The position numbers and the translations under genes were made by a program. The notes under the pieces were generated by a model, which did no database searches, was not told where the DNA came from, and was given only the letters and a program-made list of their open reading frames with translations. Below are positions 1 to 12,819 of a stretch of 64,000 nt of DNA, piece by piece. The DNA comes from Octopus sinensis (Eukaryota): assembly GCF_006345805.1 (NCBI RefSeq), contig NC_043014.1, positions 22,816,001 to 22,880,000 on the forward strand. Direction: 5' to 3'. Positions within the stretch are counted from its first letter, which is position 1. Every line of letters starts with the position of its first letter.

Positions 1-122
1 TTTCAACAAGACACGGTTAATAAAAAACTATTTTAAGCTTACAAACAAATAGTTATTATTTTGTAAAACTTTAAATGGAATACCCTTCCTATAATACTTC
101 TCTGCTGCTGGGATAAAATGAT

Positions 123-851
123 TTAAGAACCAATCTTCAAAAGTAACAACTGTAACCCATACTTTTGAATTAGCCCTCCATATAACAGGGATATCTTGGG
201 TATGTTCTTCAGGGCATGGACGTTGTGTACATGATACACAAGCAGTGGCTTTAACTTAAAATCTTCTGCACAATTACCTCCCAATATTATAGTCACACAT
301 TCTTGTAGCCTGTAATTTTTTTTTTCCTCCTTGAAATGAATGAATGATCTGGCAATTTCTTCCAACATAATCCAGGCTCATCTACATTGAATATTTGCTT
401 GGGAAGAAACCCGTTTTCTTCGATGATCTTCAATGTCGCAGGAAATTCCGCTGCTGCATGTTTGTCAGCTGATGCGATTTCACCTTGTTTCTTCAGGAAG
501 TGATAACTTCTCAGGTTTTTAAATCTCATATACCATCCTTGACTTGCCTTGAACTCCACATCTATCTCATCTGGACATTTTTTTCTTTGGGTCCTCAAAC
601 AAAGACAACATTTTCATCTGAATGATTTCTTGACTAAGAGTAACATTCTGACAATTCTGCCCATCATTCCAAATAGATAGAAGACTTTCCATTCCTTCAA
701 AGATTTTGACTTGTGTTGATGTCAGTGTTCTTCATTACTGAGGTTTCATATGTGATGTGTGTTAAAACCTTGTCCTTATTATGCACAATTTATCCTCCAA
801 CGTTATAGCATGACGCTTAGCTCCTTCACCAGGATTTTTCTTAGGAGGCAT
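123..851 (-). mobile_element. Tigger/pogo-family (CENP-B-like) DDE transposase relic, frameshifted
   Basis: Starts MPPKKNPGEGAKRHAITLEDK at 851. Later frames give FKASQGWYMRFK...GEIASAD...QIFNVDEPGLCWKKLP and TIILGGNCAEDFKLKPLLVYH, which match the TIGD/Tigger1 pattern. Confidence 0.85.
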
Positions 852-1010
852 GGGGGGCAAAAATTAAAGTGACAAATGAATGTAAACGAGAGAATCTAAA
901 CGATAAACAGATGTAAACAAATCTGAATTCAAGATAATCGCGGGAATCACGATGATGTCTAACGGTAGATTTTGGAACTAGTAGTGCAACATGAGCTCCG
1001 AAGACAGATA

Positions 1011-1985
1011 AAGGATCTTTACCTTTTGACTGGCAGATTTAGAAAATAATTTTTTCTAACTAAACACTTCCAAACTTCGTATACTGGTAGAATGTGTCAT
1101 ATAAAACAACTTTTACTCTTAGCGTTTTTGAGAAAACTTTATATTTATGAAATTATTTCATGTTAAAGTTGTCGTATTTCAGTAATTTCAACCAATCAAT
1201 GACGTGTATTCAGTTGAATAAAATTACTGCTGTTGTTCGTCAACAACTATTGAGGGTGTATTTTTCGTTTGTCACTGTTATTTATGACATCGTTCGTGTG
1301 TTTGTACTGGATTCAGCTTTAAGGTTTTAGGGTTAGTGTTAAGGTTTTAGGGTTAGGGTTAGGATTTTAGGGTTAGGGTTTTAGGGTTAGGTTAGGGTTT
1401 TAGGGTTAGGGTTATGGTTTTAGGGTTATGGTTAGGATTTTAGGGTTAGGGTTAGTGTTTTAGGTTAGGGTTGGGGTTGGGGTTGGGGTTGGGGTTGGGG
1501 TTTTAGAGTTAGAGTTACAGAAAAATTGAAAAATGAAGAAATTGGAGGGGTAGGGGTAGGGGGGCAAAAAAGTCTTTCCGAAAATAGTAGCTGAAAAACA
1601 GAAAAAAACTAAAAGCAGTAGAAATGCACGAACGATTATGATGGTGCCATGAAGTAAACATGCTTCAGATACACTCGTTTATTTATACAAACATAACTGA
1701 GATGAAATATGTCATAAATAACAGTGACAAACGAAATATACCCCGCCAGAAGTTGTTGTTGACAAACAACAGCAGTAATTTAATTCAGCAGAATACACGT
1801 CATTGATTGGTTGAAATTACTGAAATATGACAACTTCAACATGAAATAACTTCGTAAATATAAAGTTTTCTCAAAAACACTAAGAGTAAAAGATGTTTTA
1901 TATGACACATTCTACCAGTATATGAAAGTGTTTAGTTAGAAAAAATTATTTTCTAAATCTGCCAGTCAAAAGGTAAAGATCCCTT
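1011..1985. mobile_element. Fold-back/MITE-like element with ~280-bp terminal inverted repeats
   Basis: 1011-1290 is the near reverse complement of 1709-1985 (ends AAGG(G)ATCTTTACCTTTTGACTGGCAG). TA at 1009-1010 and 1986-1987 fits a TA target duplication. Confidence 0.85.
1323..1500 (+). repeat. Interstitial telomere-like array: degenerate (TTAGGG)n grading into (TTGGGG)5
   Basis: Read directly; (TTGGGG)5 at 1471-1500. Confidence 0.9.
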
Positions 1986-3087
1986 TATGGTGTACATTTT
2001 AGCATTTACTGTATTTTAATATGGTTTTTTATGCTTTTATTCTTATTTATTTTAACATGATTTTATGTGCTTTTAATGTTTTTTAGTGTTTTTACAATTC
2101 CAATATTATTGATGGGCCAACGTAAAGTTGAGTAAAATGACTTAACTTGATTTTTATTTTTCCATATACTATTTTTGAAAACTAACATACCTTTGAGAAC
2201 AACTTAAATTGTAATGACTTAAGCCAAGGTATCCCTGTATTCCAAACTCAAAAGGAGATCTGTAAGGCTACAAGGAATACTTCACAGCTCTGGTAGGATT
2301 AATATAAGCCATATATAGTGAATAATAAAAATAATGATTTAACTGAAGAAAGGAGAAACCAGATTAACATTACAATTGTTTCAATAAACAGGCGATATTT
2401 ACTTCATATCTCATACAATGTTAATGGCAGCTGTAATTGTCTTTTAGGGTACCCTACTTGTACAAGATGACAGTGAGGTGATGTAGTGGATGTAATAGAT
2501 ATTGTTGTTTAGCACAACTTATCCTTGACTGAGTGGACTTATGATCAAAGGCATTCAATAATCACCATCTTATCTTTCGTTCAGACATAAAATGAGGACT
2601 ACATTGTCCAGAGTGTGTTTTGAAGGAAATTTGGCTGCTATTTCTAGCAGATGGAGTGACCAGATCCTCTATTAGTTCATACAATAGATGAAATTAAAAG
2701 GTAAATGGTGAAGTCCTATGTGGTGCATAAATGGTTTATAACATTTCACACCCAATTAATTTGTTATCAATTTAGAAAGGTTCCAAGATCCCAAATGCCC
2801 TACTTGCACTCATCCACACTTGCTTGTAGTGGATCTTCTAGAGCATGTAAATACGATAGAACACAGAAAAAATGACAGAATAAATTACAACAGCTTTCTT
2901 TATTTCAAACATACAAAATACTCTACTTTGACTTGATCTATGAGACTTAAGAAATCACCTAAGAATGGGGACTGAGGAGGAGTAGAAAGAGGAGGAGCCT
3001 TGTCATTTTGTTTCTTTCTTATTTTATTTTCCCTTCTTTCTTTCCTTTCAGGACTATTAATATAACAAACACAAGGTGAGATAAAAA

Positions 3088-3157
3088 TAGAGATAGAAAG
3101 AAAGAGAAAGAGAGAGAGAAAGAAAGAAAGAGAGAGAGGAAAGAGTGAGAGAGAGAG

Positions 3158-3194
<37 letters not shown>
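3088..3194 (+). repeat. (GA)n microsatellite
   Basis: Read directly; accounts for the SLSLSL ORF 2900-3238. Confidence 0.95.
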
Positions 3195-3199
<5 letters not shown>

Positions 3200-4066
3200 T
3201 TTTACTGGATGATCCACTCCATAGGTGAGAACCAGCAAACTGAGGTAATAAATGTTAAAAGGTCAGTCGTTGACCTTTACAAATAGAAATCATATTAGAC
3301 ACTACACAGTGTTAGCAAATTGTTTTCTGACAGGCATGTTTATTAGATTTTGTTTGTTTATTTCCTTAGTTTGTTTCCATAATTTACAAGTATGACTGTA
3401 AAGTGTAATGCTATAGATACTCTGTATTGTACATTATACAGGCTGGCAAACACTGAAAAGGTCTGAAGTGTCTCTTTTGTTCAGTTTGAGGAAAGCATTG
3501 GCATATTTCTTAGAAGAAATATGTATGTGACTGACTCTAAAGTATGTGTGTGTATAGTTGCAAATTTAGACAGGTACACATATATACTCACACTCACACA
3601 CATATAATGTCATGGATATTTAGATATTTGTTCATAAGGCAGGATAGGATAGGTAGGAGCAAGGAGAAACTTATTTCAGGATTGTAACAGATTTTTCTTT
3701 CATAAAATACCGACGTCTGTTAATATTTTCGTTATTGTTATTATTGGTAATGTGTCTTTTTATTTATTTATTTGTCTCTTTCATCTGAAATCTAATTGAA
3801 GTGACCCATAAGGCTTGATGCTGCCTCATATTCAGTTTGTTAAATCTGACTGGATTTAGCTCTGTAACCATGTGAAGAAGCTGTGTAAGCAATGGTTCCA
3901 TAAAACTGGTGCCATGCTAACAGAGCTAGTTAAGTGATGTCACCAAAGTGGACTTACATCAATGGACCCAAGCCAGATCCTCAACATGTGAAATTTCATG
4001 TCATTCCTTAAAACAGTTAAGTTAGATATGGTCTTTTAATTCAATTTTCTTTTCTTTTTTATCATC

Positions 4067-4245
4067 TTCATCATCATCATTTAATGTCCGTTTTCCAGAC
4101 TTGTATGGGTTAGACAGTTTGACAGTAGCTGGCAAGTCAGAGAGCTACACTAGGCTCCAGTCTGTTTTGGTTTGGTTTCTATAGCTGTATGCTCTTCCTA
4201 ATGCCAACAACTCCACAGAGTGTACTGGGTGTTTTTTATGTGTCA
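4067..4245 (-). mobile_element. Diverged RTE/SINE 3' tail
   Basis: (CAT)n followed by the reverse complement of the shared tail motif GTTGGC.TTAGGAAG.GCAT.CAGC..TAGAAAC. Confidence 0.6.
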
Positions 4246-4831
4246 CTGAGATGGGGGAAATTACTCTGCTTGGTGCAGTGGTCTAGCTAGAGCATGTGCT
4301 GTCTGGGGTGATCTACATACTCTGCAAAAATAATAAACAATGCATATATAAAATGCTTTCCTGCAAAAATTCCACTTGGGGAAGACCATCTCCTATCCCC
4401 TTTTAGGTATGCTAGTTGGTTGAATATCTGCTAGATATAGCAGTCAAATTTCCCTCAAATCATACCCTACTGTTTTAAATATAAGAATAGAATAAAGATA
4501 ATGTGGTCCTAGATAGCTGTAAAGACACAAGATGGTCACATCTGGAATATCTTTGATCACAGATCTATTTAATTGGAGCTGATAGGGTGAGTAACATTTT
4601 TAGGAAAGCATTTTCAGTTGGTTGACATCTTGGGGAGGAACAGCTGAACAAGGGGATCAGAGTCTGAGTAGAGGAAAGTAAAGAATGTACAATGAGTGTA
4701 GCAATGAGAATGTTGAGTGGATTTGGGAGTAGATAGTATGCGACTAGATAGTTCTGAGGAGCAGAGGCAGTTGTAGTAGGTTTAGTACAGACGAAAGGGG
4801 GGGGCAGTGTGTTTGAAGGTTAGAGGTTTGT

Positions 4832-5104
4832 TGTGGTGAGAGTCATGACACCCCCTATGAGAATAGACTTGACCAAATGACTATAAATAGTGGCAGTCTG
4901 AGTGAGAGACAAAGAGAGTAAGCATTAATCACAGGAAGTCATAAGGTGTCATTTTGGTAGTTTGTTGGAATATTGTTTGTTGGTTTGTGTATAGTCCATG
5001 GAGAGTTTGTTGGATTGTTATGTTGTTGTTACCTAGTTTCGTTATATATATAATAGTACATGGTTATAGTGTAAAAAAGTATTGCCATAACAATTGACGA
5101 TACA
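4832..5104 (+). repeat. Putative 5' LTR of the Gypsy element
   Basis: TG...CA-bounded ~270-bp segment with CTATAAATAG at ~4881, ending just before a PBS. No second LTR was found to confirm it. Confidence 0.5.
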
Positions 5105-5108
5105 ATAT

Positions 5109-5121
5109 TGGTGATGAGGAT
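5109..5121 (+). other. Primer-binding site, tRNA-Ser(GCU)-type, CpG-decayed
   Basis: TGGTGATGAGGAT differs from TGGCGACGAGGAT by two CpG>TpG changes. It lies 4 nt after the LTR end and ahead of gag. The tRNA assignment is from recalled tRNA 3' ends. Confidence 0.6.
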
Positions 5122-5174
5122 TCGAAGCTCACACAGGTCAGTTAACAAATTTTTGTGAGACAAAGTTGTTAATT

Positions 5175-8100
5175 ATGGAAGACCTATTAGCTTCTATAAT
5201 ACAGTTGCAAAAACAGCAGCAAGAACAGCAACAGGAGTTGCAGAAACAACTACTCCAGCAACAAGAAAAACAATGACAGTTAATGGAGCTATGCCTTAAG
5301 AAGTCCAGAAACACTATAAGTTCATTTTCACCAGACGGCGTATCGAATTCAATAACAGAATTCAGTTATGACCCAGAGGAGGGTACAACATTTGCAGTGT
5401 ACTTTAGAAGGTACAAATAAATCTCTTCAGGGAAGAATGCAAGTCGTGGATGGACGACGGAAAAGTAAGACTATTATTACGTAAATTAGTGCCAGCTGAA
5501 CATGAAAAATATTATAATTTCACACTACCCACAAAAACTAGAGAAATTTGTTTCCAGGGAGCAGTCAAACTACTATCAGAAATATTCAGTGATAAGAGTT
5601 CCCTATTTAACATTCGGTGGGAGTGTTGGAATCTAGTTAAAAGAGGGGGTGAAGACTTTGTCACATATGCCGGGACTGTAAACCGAACGTGCAAAAGGTT
5701 TAAACTGAAGAAATTAACTCCTGATATGTTTAAGTGCCTCGTTTTTGTACAAGGGCTTACTGCAGACAAAGATGTGGAGATACATGCGAGAATTCTCACA
5801 AAACTTGAACGAGTGGACCAAAGTATAACCCTGCAGACAGTTGCAGAGGAGTGTCAAAGAATGGTAAACATGTCAAAATGTAAAGAAAATTGAAGAGAAG
5901 GTGTTCTCACATGTACAAGCATGTCAACTGGGAAGGTATAAACAAAAAAAAGTTAAGACGAAACCCATGCTACTGATGTGGAACACTACATTTCTGGAAG
6001 GATTGTCCTTTCAAAATGCAAAAATGTTACAGTTGCCAAAAAGTAGGACACAAGAGTTCACATTGCAGAGCAAAGTTAGGAAAATCAAATATAAAAAATT
6101 GTAAAGTTTTCTCAACGGAAAGTGGAAGCGACACCAAAAAGAGGAAATTTGTACATGTAAAAATAAATGAAGTGAATATTAAATTACAACTAGATACTAG
6201 TAGCAACATCTCAATTATTAATACCAACACGGGGAAAAACATTGAAAATTACACGAGGCATGACAGGTGAAAATCTACGCTTCATAGGTGAAATATGGAG
6301 TGATATCACATTTTGGGGAAAAACCTGTAGAGCAAAAGTTTCCATGGTAAAAAATCTGTTCAGTACAGACTGTTTGGAGTTGTTTGACTTATGAGACTCC
6401 CCCACCCCATAAGTCTGTTCCATAAAAATATAAATGGCTGCCCCACCAGTGAAAATAATTCAGCAGCTGAATTGAAGTAAAAATTTAAAAACTTGTCTCC
6501 TGAAGTGCTGTTGAATAAATTAGGTCTCTGTTCTAAGACTGAAGCCTGTTTTCAAATAAAGGAAAATGTCGTACCTATATTCAAAACTAATAGAAAGGTA
6601 CCATTTGCTATGCTAAATCAGTTAGAGGAAGAATTAGACAGACTAGAGGAGATGGGAATTATTCAAAAAGTAGATTATTCTAAGTGGGCAGCACCAACTG
6701 TGTGCATTAAAAAAACAACAAAATCAGGGTGTGTGCCAATCTTTCTACTGGTTTGATAACTGTCTAAAAATGTGCCACTATCCACTGCCTACTCCAGAGG
6801 CTATTTTTGTAAAATTAAATGGTAGCAAAATATCTTCGGAACTGGATCTGTCTGATGTGTGTCTGCATATAATAGATTGCCATTTTATCTGAAGGTCACA
6901 CCTGCAATATTTCAACAAGTTATGGATGCGACGTTTGCTGACTGTCATTAATTATAAGTGAATCTTGTGATCAACAAGTGTGTTTTTCAAAAAATAAGAG
7001 ATTACGGTTTCACACTCAGTGAGGAGAAATGTGAATTCTTTTTGCCTAAAGTTAAATGTTCAGGATAAATTATAAATAAAAATTGAAGATGACCTGACCC
7101 ATCCAGGGCAGATGCAATTAAAATATGCCTCCCCCAACTAACTTAACAACATTACAAGTTTTACTTGGCCTAGCAAACTATTATCAAAATTACAGACCAA
7201 ACATGCTAAAGAAAGACGCTAAATGGAATTGGTCAAATAACTGTCAAAAGGTGTTTTGGACTTGTCACTGGCTCATTTTGATCCTGCAACGGAGATTGGT
7301 GTAACTTCTGACACCTCTGAATACGGCGTAGGAGTAGTTTTGCTACACAAATGTAAAGACAGTAATACGAAGGCAGTGGTTCATGCCTTATGTGCTCTGA
7401 TTGCAGCAGAAAAAACTACAGTCAGATAGAGAAAGAAGCTCTAGCAATTATTTTTGCCTTGAAAAAATTTCACAGATTTCTCCACAGTAGAAGGTTATGG
7501 CTTCAGATGGACCACTGACCATTACCATCAATTTTTGTTTCAAAGAACGGAATTCCTACCCATTCAGCAAACAGATTCCAAAAATGGAGTACACTATTGT
7601 TAAATTACAACTTTAAGATGGAGTACATTCCTTCTATGGTCATGCGGATTGTTTATCTAGGCTAATTCTGAAGAATGTGGAACCACTGGAAGATACAGTG
7701 ATAGCCACATTACAATCAGAAAAGGAAATAAAAAATGTTATGTGTAATGTCATTCAGGAGTTGCCAGTGACTGTACAAGATATAAAAAGTAAATCAGCAG
7801 AGGACAAATACATCATAAGAATGAAGGAAATCTTGAAAAAGAGAAACATGAATGCGAACCATTTTTCACTCTGCAACAATGTATTACTGTACACACAAAG
7901 GGTGGTAGTACCAACTGCACTACAGAAACGGATATTACATGAATTTTATAGTGGATACCCAGGGATATCAAGAATGAAAGCTTTGATGAGGAGTTATGTG
8001 TATTGGTTGACAAAGGGACATTGAAAATGTTGGTAAAAGTATGTAGAAGTTGTGAAATACCAATCATGACCTGAGACAGATAGTCCATAGCCCAGGGTAC

Positions 8101-8760
8101 ACATAGACTAAACCAGACCAGTGAAAGGCGTGTACTACTTGATCATTGTTGATAGCTTTACCAAGTAGCCAGAAGTATGTAGGTGCAGTCAACCTGCTTC
8201 GAAGGCAACAATAAAGTTCCTGCACAAACATTTTGCTTGATACAGTGTTCCAGTATCAGACAATGGAGCACAATTTACAGGATATGAGTTCAAGAAAATC
8301 TGCAAAATGCATGCAATCAAGTGCATGTTTACCCCACCCTACCATCTGAGATCAAATGGGTAAGCAGAATGATTCATAGATACTTTCAAGTGAGCACTAA
8401 AAAAAAAACAAGGAACGAGTTAGGAAATGATGAAGCTCTAACTAAATTTGTGTGTCCAGAATAACACCCAATCTGAATACCAGTTCAGGCAAGTCGCCTG
8501 CAGAGCTAATGTTTGCTCAAAGGATTAAATCTACCTTCAGCAAATTGTTGCCAAAGGAAAAACGTATAGAGAAAATACAAAAAATTCAATAAAACATTTT
8601 GATGTTGGAGACAAAATCCATTTCAAAGTATACAAGAATGGTAAAGAGAGTTGGCAGGATAGTGTGGCCACTAAAAGAATTGGAAACATGATGTATTTAA
8701 TAAACGATACCTAAATCAATTAAAAACCAGACATACAGAAGAAAGGAAGGAAATTCCAAT
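5175..8760 (+). pseudogene. Ty3/Gypsy (Mag-like) gag-pol relic with many stops and frameshifts
   Basis: Q-rich gag start; zinc knuckle CYSCQKVGHKSSHC; protease LQLDTSSNISII; RT EELDRLEEMGIIQKVDYSKWAAPTV; RNase H YSQIEKEALAIIFALKKFH; integrase GYPGISRMKALMRSYVYW and SDNGAQFTG. Confidence 0.9.
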
Positions 8761-8789
8761 GGAAGTGTTTTATGACATTTTCAGTTATG

Positions 8790-9564
8790 ACCTTGAGAGA
8801 AAAGCTGGACCTAAGAAGCATCAGTTGTGGTGTGCAAGAGAGACGTTTGCGCTGGTTTGGTCATGTGGCGAGAATGGATGAAGATAGTTGTGTGAAAAAG
8901 TGCCACACCCTAGTGGTTGAGGGAACCTGTGGAAGAGGCAGACCCAGGAAAACCTGGGACGAGGTGGTGAAGCACGACCTTCGAACTTTAGGTATCACTG
9001 AGGAAATGACTAGAGACCGAGTCCTCTGGAAGTGTGCTGTGCACGAGAAGACCCGGCAGGACAAGTGAGTCCATAACCCGTGGCCTTCTACATGGGATGG
9101 AGCCAGCCTACGTATGCATACCTTCCCTTCTTGGGACACAAAACTCTACTTGTGAAGACCTGTTGAGGCAAGTGAGGATCAGAATCGAAATCGATCAATG
9201 GAAATTGCAGATGTGTTACCAGTGCCGGTGGCATGTAAGAGAACCTTCCATTTCGCGACCGTTGCCAGCACCGCCCCGTTTCGTGTCCATTGCCAGCCTC
9301 GCCTGGCCCTCGTGCCGGTGGCACATAAAAAGCACCATCCGTTTGTGGCCGTTTGCCAGCTCTGTCTGGCACCTGTGCGGGTGGCACGTAAAAAGCACCC
9401 ACTACACTCTTGGAGTGGTTGGCGTTAGGAAGGGCATCCTGCCGTAGAAACACTGCCAGATTTGACTGGGCCTGATGAAGCCTTCTGGCTTCACAGACCC
9501 CAGTAGAACGGTCCAACCCATGCTAGCATGGAAAACGGATGCTAAACGATGATGATGATGATGA

Positions 9565-9568
<4 letters not shown>
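8790..9568 (+). mobile_element. RTE LINE 3' fragment (copy A)
   Basis: Near-identical to ~18388-19303; ends in a (GAT)n tail followed by (AT)n. Confidence 0.9.
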
Positions 9569-9601
<33 letters not shown>

Positions 9602-10639
9602 AGGAAAAGTGTTGGCAACATAACCAAACTTTGGGGTTGGGAGTCATCAGCGTTGATAGAATATGGGTCAGAAAGAATCCATTTTTTAGCACATTATAAT
9701 GAGACAATCTAACAGGCAGCTTCCAGCTTCAGAGACTAGAGTTAGATGAAGACCAGTATATGGTCAGTTTAACCTGAGGACTTTCTGACTAGACATGGTC
9801 AAATATTTTGCTGATATCATCTGCAACAATATTGATTTTGCTAAATTTCTCAAAAGTGAGGGACTATTGCTAACAGGTCCCTGATATATCTTGCTCTATG
9901 GAAACCCTACTAATAATCAATGAGAAGAAGAAAAGACTCAAGATTTTAGAAAAGGTAGTTGTTTCCATTACTTTGAGCCACAGCTGGTTAAAAGTCATCC
10001 CAAGTGGCGCTAAAATTTAACGCTAAGCTTCCAGCTTTTATTTATGGGGCTTTAAACTTAGTAAAATGCTTACTATTGGTATTGCTTGTTCTATAGTTGT
10101 TGTTTTTATTGAATAGCACCAATCAGCTCTACTTGAACAGACCAATGACCCAGAAAGAGTAGACTCAACATTTAGGAGTAACACTAGGTTCACAGATACT
10201 TGGTGTATCAGATATATTAGTAGTACAATTATCACCTCAAACAATAGGTCCATATATATTATTTTAAAGTTCACACAAATTTTTCTTTCATATCTTCATC
10301 TTTCTTTTCTTTGACTATCTACCTGAAATTTAATACATTGGATCCAAAGTTTAATATATTTATAATCAGCTTCAATATTCATTTCTCAAACTATTTTCCT
10401 AACGTTTGTGTCTTTTATATATTCATGGAACTTTATACATTGGTAATAGTACAGTTGTGCCCTCCACCATTATGTAAATTGATAATTTAGATTGAAATGC
10501 AATTTGATCTCCATATTTAGAATGTACCACTCTCTTCTCTTCTCACTGTCTCTCTCTCATGATATATATATAAATATAAACTACACATGTACATATATAT
10601 ATATGTATATATGTCAAACCATTAATTCCTACACATTTT

Positions 10640-10795
10640 TACTCTCCATTTCTTTTTCCTCTTAATCCTTTCTGTTGAAGAGCATAGGCTCGAAAGATCA
10701 AAGACTTTTCAATTCTTCCTGAGCATTAAACTAATACACCTGCTTGTTGCTCTTTCACCTGTCTTCATCTTTTGTTTTCTGTAAATTTGAACTAT
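10640..10795 (+). mobile_element. Possible PLE-type terminal repeat with a degenerate hammerhead fold (10668-10703)
   Basis: CUUU-CUGUUGA-A-GAGC(AUAG)GCUC-GAAA-GAUC-AAAG; A6 is substituted and helix III is poor. Confidence 0.35.
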
Positions 10796-11014
10796 ATATG
10801 TCAATATCTATATCTATATATATATAAACAATACACATACACACACATATATATATATGTCAGTCATTAGAAAAGTGCTCTCCTGTGGCTAAGAGTTGTT
10901 TTGACTCTTAGTTCAAGCAAAGCTGGTGCTGATTAGCACCCTATATTACTTTAGTGACAACTGTACTTGTTGCCTTTCTGTTGTAAATTGCAAATAACCA
11001 CCTTAATAATTTAT

Positions 11015-11070
<56 letters not shown>

Positions 11071-11303
11071 CACACACATTTATATATAAAAAACCCTTCA
11101 ACAAGTAGAACATTCAGCACGAGACATTCAGAGAGAGAAAGGTGTGTGGCAACTCTGAGTTGGGACTCATTTTTTACTCAGTAGACTGGAGCAATATGAT
11201 ATGATGTGCCTTAACCATAGATATAATTTTCTTCCTGATCCAGGTATTGAACCCATATCATAACTGATCATGAGCTCACTATGCTAATCACTAGGCCAGA
11301 CGT

Positions 11304-12800
11304 CATATCATCATCGCAATCATCATCATCGTTTAACCTCCACTTTCCATGCTGGCATCGGTTGGCTGGTTTGACTGGGCACTGGTGAGCCAGATGGCTG
11401 CACCAGGCTCCAATCTGATCTGGTAAAGTTTCTACAGCTGGATGCCCTTCCTAACACCAACCACTTCAAGAGTGTAGTGGGTGCTTTTACATGCTAGTCA
11501 GATGGTACTGGCAATGGCCATGCTCAAATGATGTTTTTACATGTCACCTGCACAGGAGCCAGTCCAGTGGCACTGGCAATGCCCTTGCTTGAATGTTGTA
11601 TTTCATGTACCACTAGCACGGAGGCCAGTAAGGCAACGCTGGTAACGATCACACTCGAATGCTGCTTTTTATGTGCTACCGGCACAGGTGCCAGCCAGTG
11701 GCCCAGGCAGCGATCACACTCGGGTGGTGCTCTCAGAACTCCAATTGCACGGATGCCAGTCATGCAGTACTGTCATCGAATTTGATTTCGATTTCACTTG
11801 CCTCAACAGGTCTTCGCAAGCAGAGTTTAGTATCCAATGAAAGAAAGGTACGCTTAAGTGGGCTGGTTACACCACTACCATAGGCCGTGGGTTATGGTCT
11901 CATTTGGATTGCCGGGTCTTCTCAAGCACAGCATATTTCTAAAGGTCTCGGTCACTAGTCATTGCCTCGATGAGGCCTAATGTCCAAAGGCCGTGCTTCA
12001 CCACCTCTTCCCAGGTCTTTCTTGGTCTACCTCTTCGACAGGTTCTCTCAACTGCTAACGTGTTAAATTTTTTCACACAGCTGTCCTCATCCATTCACAT
12101 CACATGACCATACCAGCGCAGTCGTCCCTCTTGCACACCACATCTGATGCTTCTTAGGTCGAACTTTTCTCACTTACACGCTATCGAGTAGGCAAACTGA
12201 CATTACACATCCATCGGAGCATACTGGCTTCATTCCTTGCAAGCTTACACATACCCTCATCAGTCACAGCCCATGTTTCACTGCCATGTAACATGGCTGT
12301 TCGTACACATGTGTCATACAGTCTGCCTTTTACTCTGAGCGAGAGTCCCTTTGTCGCCAGCAGAGGTAAGAGCTCTCTGAACTTTGCCCAGGCTATTCTT
12401 ATTCTAACAGCTACACTTTCAGTGCATCCTCCCCCGCTACTGACTTGGTCACCTAGGTAATGGAAGCTATCAACTACTTCTAGTTTTTCTCCCTGGAATG
12501 TGGCAGTTGTTCTCTGCACATTTTCAGTGCTTATTGCTCCCGAGCATCTGCCACATACAAAAACTATCTTCCCTGTTAGCCTTCCTTTGATATTACTGCA
12601 CCTCTTATGTGTCCATAGCTTACACTGGGTACATCTTATAGAGTTTCTACCTACGCCTTTTCTACAGATCGAGCAGAACTATCTACCTGAAGGGATTTGG
12701 GGGTTTTTCTGCTTTCCCACTTATTAGGACTTTGGTTTTAGCTAGGTTGACTCTTAGGCTCCTCGATTCTAATCCTTGCTTCCACACCTGAAACTTCTCC
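11304..12800 (-). mobile_element. RTE LINE, 5'-truncated, older copy (copy B)
   Basis: Reverse-strand homology to copy C from EKFQVWKQG to the (GAT)n tail; ORF 12181-12519 contains FHYLGD...RIAWAKFRELLPLL. Confidence 0.9.
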
Positions 12801-12819
12801 ATATATATATATAAGAAAT

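Noticed and set aside
1323-1500. True chromosome end or fusion scar
   Set aside because: The array is short, degenerate, single-orientation and enclosed by transposon-like TIRs.
2336-2368. CTGAAGA...GAAA hammerhead-like string
   Set aside because: No helix II can form (AAGGA) and there is no proper NUH triplet.
3957-4006. Candidate minus-strand micro-exon with a GTAAGT donor (NDMKFHMLRIWLGSID)
   Set aside because: It is short, unrecognised and has no partner exons, so it cannot be distinguished from chance.
9465-9504. CUGAUGA followed by a hairpin in the RTE tail as a hammerhead
   Set aside because: There is no GAAA after the stem, and other copies read CTGGTGCAG. It is better explained as the 3' terminal stem-loop (ACTGGG/CCCAGT enclosing GAAGCC/GGCTTC).
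9600-10320. Unique-looking, moderately complex sequence after RTE copy A as the missing Gypsy 3' part or a host exon
   Set aside because: It shows no similarity to the LTR and has stops in the frames examined; left unassigned.
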